Of a stretch of 64,000 nt of DNA, positions 29,829 to 37,448 are shown piece by piece. Location of the stretch: the IMG/VR virus record IMGVR_UViG_3300045988_188298, positions 1-64,000 of that record, one strand, 5' to 3'. Both the position numbers and the translations under genes were made by a program. Positions within the stretch are counted from its first letter, which is position 1. The number at the start of each line of letters is the position of its first letter. The DNA is from a virus. The notes beneath the pieces were generated by a model, which was not told where the DNA came from, did not search any database, and saw only the letters and a list, made by a program, of their open reading frames with translations.

Positions 29829-30570
29829 ATAAAAAAGATTAATTAAGCGCTGCACAGGAGTTGAACCTGAGTTTCTATCATAAAGGCAGCGTCTTAGACC
29901 CTTGACTAACGTTACTATTCTTCGTGTGGCGTATGATGCCACGCTGTTTCCGATTGTCGCTCGAATGCGACACCTAGCAATTATTCTGCACGGAAACTGT
30001 CACCCAGTGGGGCGTGAATAATACACCTCCACATCTCTACCACGAAGAAACCAATACCCTTAACACCTCTGGTATCTTATACTGGAGAACCACATAACCA
30101 GTAAGTTTTTAAGCCTCAACCTAGTACATTCTAGTTGATATGCCTGCGCTTTTTGTTGTCAAAAAAATGTACTTCTTAACAACTGGATTTACTTCTGTAG
30201 ACAAATGTGTAGCAGGTGTTTGGATAGTCGTTACTACCATTACCAGTAAAACATTGTCTGCAAAAAATAACATTCCCTTATAAGACTTTGACATCTTGTA
30301 AGGGATTCATTCCAATAAAATAATTAGAACTAGCAGCTTGGTTTTTATTCTTGACAACTCAAAGGATTGTACTTACCATTGAACCTTTTTATGCGAGTCA
30401 TCTCATCAACCTTATCTATCCAGATTTACTATTCTGAACGAACCGTTGCCGTCACCACTTAAAGCCGTGGGGCATGATAACAAATCTCACCGTTATCGGG
30501 GCGTACCTCTAGAATAAAGTATCGACAGTTATAGAGGTATTTTACACTCGCTGAAACACTGCAAAATCAG
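29829..30570 (-). ncRNA. About 740-nt ORF-free, GC-richer structured region of unknown identity. Candidate large non-coding RNA
   Basis: No ORF of 60 aa or more on either strand. GC clearly above the flanking DNA. Multiple G/C-rich hairpins: 29956-29971 gtcgc/gcgac, 30504-30539 tacctcta/tagaggta, and a tRNA-like T-arm at 29829-29855. Confidence 0.3.
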
Positions 30571-30578
30571 CTTGCATA

Positions 30579-30652
30579 TAGTCTCTACAGGACTCGAACC
30601 TGTAACCTGTCGCTTAGAAGACGATTGCTCTTTCCAGTTGAGCTAAGAGACC
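30579..30652 (-). tRNA. tRNA-Arg (anticodon UCU)
   Basis: Reverse complement folds as a cloverleaf: D-arm GCTC/GAGC, anticodon loop CTTCTAA, T-arm ACAGG-TTCGAGT-CCTGT, acceptor with a G1-U72 wobble. Similar to known tRNA-Arg(UCU) sequences. Confidence 0.8.
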
Positions 30653-30665
30653 AAAAATAAAACAA

Positions 30666-31055
30666 TGGAGCCGGTGGGAGTCGAACCCACGTCCAAACAA
30701 TCATTCCAATCAACCTTATTACGCACTGTTACATTTTTTTATTTTCTGAACAACAGTAAATGCACAAACCTACTATTCATATCTCTTATTTAACCTTAAA
30801 ATCCGAGAATTCTTTCAAGGCGATTACCGTAATTTGAAGTAGTTGTTTTACCGGCACATAAAACAGGTACTCGTCTAACTATTCTAAGTAGACTATATGA
30901 TAAATTCAATTGATATGTAAAGCTTCATCTAAGCAAATGCTTAGGCAGCCATATCAGTAGCAAAATTGTTTGCAGTTATGTTTAAGTTGATAGATAACGT
31001 CATCACTCGGTGCGAGGTTGAGAAGTCCAATCGCCTGTCGAAGCCGGGCGACCCC
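30666..31055 (-). ncRNA. ssrA: tmRNA (ssrA), about 390 nt. Predicted tag peptide ANNFATDMAA
   Basis: 5-prime GGGGTCGCCCGGCTTCGACAGG on the reverse complement. 3-prime tRNA-like GGGTTCGACTCCCACCGGCTCCA. Acceptor pairing with a G-U at position 3. Canonical TTGACA-17-TATTAT promoter at 31080-31110. Confidence 0.85.
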
Positions 31056-31166
31056 TCAAAAACTTACAAGACTATAATATCACTTATGTTATAATTTGTC
31101 AATAAAAAAATCTCCTTTATTCAATGTTTTCAACAGAATAACAGAATAAAAGAGACTAAAAAATAA

Positions 31167-31982
31167 CTATACATATTTTTCTATATATTCTCTGACAATA
31201 GATGAATTATCCATAGAAAGATGAGAAGCATCAGTGGCAGGAGAATAAATATTTGACCAAGAGCTGTCTTCATGAACTCTATAAATCAAGGTGAAGTCAT
31301 CAATGTTATTAACTTGATTGACGATATTTTCAATAAAAAGCTTTACATTTTTTAATTCTATTGTATTGAAGAAATTATCAATCGCATCATCAGTTAAGTC
31401 CATTTCTGAATAACTAACATTTTTCAAATCGTCATAAACATCAATTTCTACAGGGCCATATTTCCATGCTTCAAAGTTTGCGAAAAATAAGTTTTCTGGA
31501 TAACTTTGTTCAGAAAAATCATTATCGCCTTTATTATCATCTTGGAGGCGACCATAAGTTGCACCATAAAAGGCAAAAAGAAGATAGAGAGTTTTCTGGA
31601 TTTTTACTTTTGAAGGTTTTTCTAGAAGCCTATAAAGAAGTTTCACTAAAAAGTATTTATCCGTAAACACTACCTCTTCCATATTATTTTTCGTCCTTTC
31701 ATCTTTATCTAAATTTGATACACAGACTTTATCCATATAAACAAGGCCATCAAAATCAGATGTAAATTCCTTACATGTTTTAATCCGTTTTTGAGACCAG
31801 TCACTACTAGCATCGAATCTTTTCCATTCTGGTAATGGCACAAGTTTTGCATTATACCCATGAAAGTGAAGTTCATTCTTAGAACTTCTATATTCGTTCA
31901 ATATCCATATCTCAGTTTTCCATGTTTCTGCTGCTTCATCAGACATTACAGAGAAGCTTTTTGGGTACTTATCAAAATCCAT
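31167..31982 (-). CDS. Panacea-domain protein (C-terminal Panacea, about 110-aa N-terminal extension). Candidate antitoxin
   Basis: Motifs QKTLYLLFAFYGATYG and FEAWKYGPV. Start overlaps the stop of the upstream membrane-protein gene. Confidence 0.65.
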   Translation of the reverse strand: MDFDKYPKSFSVMSDEAAETWKTEIWILNEYRSSKNELHFHGYNAKLVPLPEWKRFDASSDWSQKRIKTCKEFTSDFDGLVYMDKVCVSNLDKDERTKNNMEEVVFTDKYFLVKLLYRLLEKPSKVKIQKTLYLLFAFYGATYGRLQDDNKGDNDFSEQSYPENLFFANFEAWKYGPVEIDVYDDLKNVSYSEMDLTDDAIDNFFNTIELKNVKLFIENIVNQVNNIDDFTLIYRVHEDSSWSNIYSPATDASHLSMDNSSIVREYIEKYV

Positions 31983-32866
31983 TATTTATCTTCTTTCTTT
32001 TCATCTTTTGATTTCATTTTGGCAATACCTACAGGCAATTCAATTACTTCTAAACTTGACGCAATTGAAATCACTTGGTTACTCAATGAAAAACTAGTTA
32101 GAGTAAAGGCATCTGGAATATCTATCCCTAAAGGAAACACATCAAATACAAAATGATAAATAGTGTTAAAATCTGTAAATTCTCGTTCTACTTTATCTTT
32201 TAAAATATAAGAATAATCGAATCCAGAATTAGATTCACGTTTCAAGAATGATAATTCAACAATTCCTTGATAGTCAGGTTTGACAGCATATTTATTAATG
32301 ATTTCAAAGCGTTTCTTAGCATCTTCTTCTTTGGCATCAATAAACACACTAACACCCTCAGAGCCATTATTTTCTCCAATATGATATTTCAAATAATTCA
32401 TATTTAAAATTTTATCATTTACATACTTGTTAAAGAAATAAGGTATTGCTTTTTTAACAATCAAATAAACAATAGACCATACTAAGAAAAACCAAAACAA
32501 ACTTTCAGCTTCCTTTGCATTGGCATCTTTTATTTCCGCTGTCAAAAGCAATGTCAAAATAGAATACAGGAAACCTCTGATAAAATTAACTGTAAATCTT
32601 TCAAAACTTCTATGATTTAATAGATTTACGATAGGTGCTGCTACATAGAACGTACAAATAACAGCGATAAGTCCAGAAATATTTGATTCAATTTCAACAA
32701 ATCGAATAGTATATGTTGTCCAAAGTATTGCAACTAAATCAAAAAATAGTTTATTTAGTTTTTCTAAAACAAATCGGCCAAAAACTACAGAAGACACCTC
32801 AATAGCTTTAGGCTTCATATTTTTAATATGTGAAATATATTCTTTCATCTTTACTCCTTTTCCCAA
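31982..32866 (-). CDS. Multi-pass membrane protein with a C-terminal soluble domain. Candidate toxin partner
   Basis: Three to four TM helices across residues 40-140. Translationally coupled to the Panacea gene. Confidence 0.55.
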   Translation of the reverse strand: MGKGVKMKEYISHIKNMKPKAIEVSSVVFGRFVLEKLNKLFFDLVAILWTTYTIRFVEIESNISGLIAVICTFYVAAPIVNLLNHRSFERFTVNFIRGFLYSILTLLLTAEIKDANAKEAESLFWFFLVWSIVYLIVKKAIPYFFNKYVNDKILNMNYLKYHIGENNGSEGVSVFIDAKEEDAKKRFEIINKYAVKPDYQGIVELSFLKRESNSGFDYSYILKDKVEREFTDFNTIYHFVFDVFPLGIDIPDAFTLTSFSLSNQVISIASSLEVIELPVGIAKMKSKDEKKEDK

Positions 32867-33010
32867 AAGGTTTTATTTTTATAGCATTTGCTATACAACC
32901 ATTATACACCTTTATCACGCGCAATTCAAATTATTTTCTGATATAATATTTCATGTAAAAATTAATTTAATTTTACAAATATTTTTTTATAATAAAGGAG
33001 AATTTAGTGA

Positions 33011-33805
33011 ATGATTAAATCAAATACAAACAATCATCATATCACTTGGAGCGAAGCACTAAATACTATCATCTCAGGTGAGAACCCAATAAAACTTAAA
33101 GATTTTCTGGACAAACATAAAATTTCTTATCCTAAAGAAATTAATTGTACAGAAGACTCTATTGTTTCTTTGGAATCGCAGATGCTGATTGATACAGTAT
33201 TAATCAATAATTGTTATCAGCCGATTTTTGTCAAAACTGTCTCATACTCAACATTAAATCAATATTTAATGTTTATGAAAATGTATTTCCAAGAAAATCA
33301 ATTAAAAATCTTTGAAGATAAATTCAAAGAAGTTTTTGACAAATGGTTTAATGTGCAAAAATATTGTTCATCAAATGTTTCTGACATTGATAATATTTTC
33401 AAAGATTGTCTGAAGTATGATGAAGATGATGTTGTTTTAGATATTGAAAAAATTATGAAAGAAGTTATCAGAGACCTATCTGCGGAGTTTGGCCCTCTGC
33501 AACAGAGTGTACAAAAGGATGGCCAAGTTACTTATTATATATTTGCCAGCAATATTGGGAACATTTTTTATCGCATTAGAGTCTTTGAGGGGATTGCTGC
33601 ATCTACAAACGAGTACATATATTACATAGATTTAGAAAAAGTGGATGATGATTTCCCAGAAGAAATCATTAAATTAGCATCTAGAGAACTTTGTCTTTCT
33701 CATAAGCTTAATGACACTATAAAAGATTCTAAAAATCGAGTTATTTTTGTAGGTCAGAAATATATCGGAAAAGAAATTGCTCTTGAATTTTTACCTCTAG
33801 AATAA
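33011..33805 (+). CDS. Hypothetical protein (264 aa)
   Basis: ORF with a promoter module at 32950-32990 and RBS AAAGGAG. Confidence 0.45.
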   Translation: MIKSNTNNHHITWSEALNTIISGENPIKLKDFLDKHKISYPKEINCTEDSIVSLESQMLIDTVLINNCYQPIFVKTVSYSTLNQYLMFMKMYFQENQLKIFEDKFKEVFDKWFNVQKYCSSNVSDIDNIFKDCLKYDEDDVVLDIEKIMKEVIRDLSAEFGPLQQSVQKDGQVTYYIFASNIGNIFYRIRVFEGIAASTNEYIYYIDLEKVDDDFPEEIIKLASRELCLSHKLNDTIKDSKNRVIFVGQKYIGKEIALEFLPLE

Positions 33806-33880
33806 AATATAAGAAGAAAAGCACTTGAAATATTTTTCAAATGCTTTTTTTGTTTCTAATTCCTTTCTATTTAGACCGAA

Positions 33881-34216
33881 TCACCCTAGTTTAAAATTAA
33901 GTATTTTAGTAAGAATTTTAACAGATTTTACAATCTGAGTCTCCGTAATTTCATTTAAGCCAGTATAATGAACATATTTACCAATTATTTCCACAGAAAA
34001 TTTATATTCATTCAACAATTTTCTAAACATAAAGTAAACAAAGTCTAAACTTACCTTCGGAACTCTATCAAAGGAAATCTCTACATGTTCTTTTCGCGCC
34101 AAAGATTCAGCAATATTGTCAGCAATAATTGCCCCTTGTTCTGAATCAAATTCTAGAAAGAAACGTTTTTTATAGTTATAAACACTAATAACCTTATTGA
34201 TTTTTTCTTTATCCAT
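33881..34216 (-). CDS. Hypothetical small protein
   Basis: ORF with RBS. Confidence 0.4.
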   Translation of the reverse strand: MDKEKINKVISVYNYKKRFFLEFDSEQGAIIADNIAESLARKEHVEISFDRVPKVSLDFVYFMFRKLLNEYKFSVEIIGKYVHYTGLNEITETQIVKSVKILTKILNFKLG

Positions 34217-34259
34217 ATTTTTTAAAAATTCTCCTTGTTTATTTTAAGTTTTAGATAGA

Positions 34260-34997
34260 TTATGCTCTCGTATTAAAACCAAATCTATCATCTGTAGATT
34301 GATATTCTTCAATATATTTACTTTCCAAGGCCAACAAATCCTCATGTGTGCCCTTTTCAACAACATCAATAGCCTCAAAAGTCCAGTCGCATATACTGGA
34401 ATTTTCTTTGAAGAACTCATGAAACTTTGTTCCGGACTGGGCTTTAATGTGTTGCCACCAACGCCACAAAGGGAAATTTACAGTTTTACCAATATAGACT
34501 TTGCCAGTTGGCTTATGGGTAATTTTATAGATGTAGCCTACAACCTTAGTGTCGTAACCTTCTTTGTCAGCTTCTATTCGTAGATTATATTCTTCTCTAC
34601 ACTCTTTGCTGCAACAGTAATTACGGTGATGACCGTATGCAGGAGAGTTTTCAAAGTCCAACCTAGTCATTGGGTTCTTTTGGCAGACAATACAGGGAAT
34701 GTCATCTAGCCAAAAGGATTTCCAGTAATCATTCAACTTGTAAACAGTAGCGAAAAAGAATTCATCCTTAGAAGTTCGTTGAGGAACTTTCTCAGAAAAG
34801 TATTCAGGGAAGTCTTCTTTTACTTGTTTTAACACCTCCTTTTTGTCATTAATGTCAAAATAGACTTGACGGTATACTGTGTGTGGAGAGAACTCTCCTT
34901 TTTCTTTTTTAAGATTTATATTGACAATCCAGTCCATATCTTCCAAAACCTCACTTTTGTTATTGTTTTTTTTATAAAAAGAGCAAGCTCTATTCAA
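34260..34997 (-). CDS. GIY-YIG endonuclease-domain protein with an N-terminal Cys-rich zinc-ribbon region. Homing-endonuclease-like
   Basis: GYIYKITHKPTGKVYIGKT GIY-YIG motif. CxxC...HH...CC cluster. Confidence 0.65.
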   Translation of the reverse strand: MNRACSFYKKNNNKSEVLEDMDWIVNINLKKEKGEFSPHTVYRQVYFDINDKKEVLKQVKEDFPEYFSEKVPQRTSKDEFFFATVYKLNDYWKSFWLDDIPCIVCQKNPMTRLDFENSPAYGHHRNYCCSKECREEYNLRIEADKEGYDTKVVGYIYKITHKPTGKVYIGKTVNFPLWRWWQHIKAQSGTKFHEFFKENSSICDWTFEAIDVVEKGTHEDLLALESKYIEEYQSTDDRFGFNTRA

Positions 34998-35039
34998 TTT
35001 ATCTTAATTAAACTAGAGCCTTGCCTTTTTAGATTTATT

Positions 35040-35489
35040 TTATTTATCTGTACTTCCAAATCCGCCCACGCGCTGCCCAGTAGCTTCATCACCATCAGCA
35101 ATCAAGAACGGCATGAATACCCCTTGCATCATTGCAGTACCAGCTTCAATTACTACTGTTTCATCTGTAATATTAGTGAATTGCGCATGAATGTTTCCAT
35201 CATTATCAGGATTTCCATAGTAATCCTTGTCAATTACTCCAACAGAGTTAGACAGGACAATACCTCGTTTACGAGGATTAGAAGACCGGTCAAACAAATA
35301 AAGGACTTCTCCCTCTTGCATATAAGCTTTAACATTTGTAGGGATTAACTTGATTTCACCCGGTTCAATAGAAACTGTTTTAGCAGCAATGAAATCATAA
35401 CCTGCTGAATGTGCAGTAGACCGTTGTGGCAACAGACTGACATCTGTTTCACCTTTTACCAATTCAAATCCTCGTAGTTTTTGTGACAT
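35040..35489 (-). CDS. dut: dUTP diphosphatase (dUTPase)
   Basis: Motifs AGYDF, RSS, GVIDKDYYG and the C-terminal GQRVGGFGST. Confidence 0.9.
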   Translation of the reverse strand: MSQKLRGFELVKGETDVSLLPQRSTAHSAGYDFIAAKTVSIEPGEIKLIPTNVKAYMQEGEVLYLFDRSSNPRKRGIVLSNSVGVIDKDYYGNPDNDGNIHAQFTNITDETVVIEAGTAMMQGVFMPFLIADGDEATGQRVGGFGSTDK

Positions 35490-35567
35490 ATATAATATTC
35501 TCCTTTAAATTATTATTTCTTAATCTATTATAACATATTCTATAATTTTTTTCATTCAGTAAAGTTG

Positions 35568-35924
35568 CTAAAACTTAACTGTTTGTTTAAGTAATTCTGG
35601 ATGTTCATAAATATTTCCAAGTATCTTAATAAATTCAGAACCAATTGCCATCAAGGGAGTAATACCGCTTAAAAACCTAGTTCCGAAACAACCGTCTTCA
35701 AATAATACTGGTAAAATAGTTTCGCCATAAAGTTCAACAATATCCCCCTCAAAAATCTCTTTGCCATTCTTGTCTTTTAACCCAGTTGATTGCATAAGAA
35801 CAACTTTCTCAATCTCTATTGCTTCAAACGAAAGTACATCAATCACGCCATTATAAAAATCAAGCTTATTTACATTTGACATGATTTTTTCGGCTTTAGA
35901 CCAAGCTCTAAATTTTGGTTTCAT
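35568..35924 (-). CDS. YopX-family phage protein
   Basis: N-terminal MKPKFRAW motif characteristic of YopX. Size about 120 aa. Confidence 0.65.
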   Translation of the reverse strand: MKPKFRAWSKAEKIMSNVNKLDFYNGVIDVLSFEAIEIEKVVLMQSTGLKDKNGKEIFEGDIVELYGETILPVLFEDGCFGTRFLSGITPLMAIGSEFIKILGNIYEHPELLKQTVKF

Positions 35925-35962
35925 TTTAAATCCTCTTCTTTGAATATATAACTTATAAAAAA

Positions 35963-36436
35963 TTATTTAGTAAAATCACTAAAATCAAAGAAATCAAGAT
36001 TGATATTACATTTAGAACAAGTATATGAATCAATAAGAGAATTATTACTCAACCCAATTTCTGTAACCAATGCTGATGTATTTGTTTTTGAGTTAAAATC
36101 ATAAACATTTTCATGTTTTACAAATTCTGTAACAAGAACTTCTGTGGAATGACACTTAGGACATCTTTCAAACTTCGGATGTAACATCTCATCACTCACT
36201 TCAATGACATCAATACTCTTAACTTCTTGAGAAATCAAACTATTCTTAATATTATTTGTGGCCTTTTTAGTTTTGTAAAGACGAATCATATTTTTATGTT
36301 TCATCAAGAACAAATTTAGTTCGTCTTTGTTTTCAAAATCAGGAACTGGCTCAGCAATCAGCTTCCGCCAATCTTTTTTATATAAAAAATGTTTATTCCC
36401 AGTTTCTTTTAGCGTTACTAATAGTGTATACAGCAT
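35963..36436 (-). CDS. Zinc-ribbon protein (CPKC...CSKC)
   Basis: Two CxxC pairs. Confidence 0.45.
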   Translation of the reverse strand: MLYTLLVTLKETGNKHFLYKKDWRKLIAEPVPDFENKDELNLFLMKHKNMIRLYKTKKATNNIKNSLISQEVKSIDVIEVSDEMLHPKFERCPKCHSTEVLVTEFVKHENVYDFNSKTNTSALVTEIGLSNNSLIDSYTCSKCNINLDFFDFSDFTK

Positions 36437-36451
36437 GATTTTCTCCTTTTT

Positions 36452-36775
36452 CTATAAGATAACGACTTTGGCAAAAATATGAGCCAATAGAAATTGTTTC
36501 CGCTCGTCACTCAAAGTCTTATCAAGTTCTATAATTTTCTTTTCTGGCTTTATTTTATAGTAAGGATGATAATGAACATAAATTTCATAAATATCATATC
36601 CAGAAATGGTCAGCATTGTACGGACAGGTATTACAGTTTTATTTTCACCAGCAAGTTCAAGATTCAGCATTGCTTTCTTTGCTGCTCTTGTTATTCTTTT
36701 TGATTTTAAAATGCGTAAAATTTCATTTTTTCCTAAAACATCTTTGACTTTCAACGTTTCATTTACAAAGGTCAT
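36452..36775 (-). CDS. Hypothetical small protein
   Basis: ORF with RBS. Confidence 0.4.
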   Translation of the reverse strand: MTFVNETLKVKDVLGKNEILRILKSKRITRAAKKAMLNLELAGENKTVIPVRTMLTISGYDIYEIYVHYHPYYKIKPEKKIIELDKTLSDERKQFLLAHIFAKVVIL

Positions 36776-36947
36776 GAATATTTCTCCTTTATTTTTATAA
36801 ACCCATTATACCACCTTTGTTTCCAAAAGTAAACATATCTAAACTAACATCTTGTATAATAAAAGGTGTAAATCATTTTACAAAAATAATTTTAAAACAA
36901 TATAAAGAAAGGCCTTGATTATAGAAAGTCAAGGTAGGTATAAAACC

Positions 36948-37310
36948 ATGAAAATTGAAACACTCAAAGAAATTGCAAATGACATTAACATTGTTACTTC
37001 AGACAACTTTGTTGAAATCATGGAGTCTCTGCCCAACAAAAACTACGGCCGACTCATGAATGAGTTAGACCGTGTTGGTGACTCTGAGGGTGATTATAGC
37101 CTTTGGAATCAACGATTTAATTCTGATAACATCAGCAACAATATTGTCACTATTTGCAATGATGTCATTGAAATCGTCTTTGATTACAATGAAGGAACTA
37201 CCAATGTTTACTTCTTAAATAATTTTCAACCAAAATGGTTGAACTGGAATTGGATTTTGCAAAACGTAGAAGAAAATTCTATCAAAGATTTAGAAATTAA
37301 TCATTATTAA
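36948..37310 (+). CDS. Hypothetical small protein
   Basis: ATG after RBS GGTAGG. Promoter module at 36850-36895. Confidence 0.4.
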   Translation: MKIETLKEIANDINIVTSDNFVEIMESLPNKNYGRLMNELDRVGDSEGDYSLWNQRFNSDNISNNIVTICNDVIEIVFDYNEGTTNVYFLNNFQPKWLNWNWILQNVEENSIKDLEINHY

Positions 37311-37448
37311 CAAGTTGTTCTAGTGAAGGAGAATAACAAAAAATATATAAAAAGCACCTAAAAAGGTGTTTTTTTGATGTTTTTGCTATCGCTTTTGCGA
37401 TAAATGTGATACAATAGTATAAAGATTAAAAACTAGGAGAACAAATAA

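Noticed and set aside
29829-29855. tRNA-like T-arm and acceptor fragment as an attL or attR duplicate marking integration into tRNA-Arg or ssrA
   Set aside because: The fragment sequence matches neither the 3-prime end of the adjacent tRNA-Arg nor that of the tmRNA. No att-type direct repeat is supported.
29829-30570. RNase P RNA (type B) as the identity of the large ORF-free region
   Set aside because: Only a weak ACGTTAG resemblance to the 3-prime region of Bacillus rnpB was found. The universally conserved GGAAAGTCC and ACAGAA(A/C)... cores were not seen on either strand. The identity is left open rather than called.
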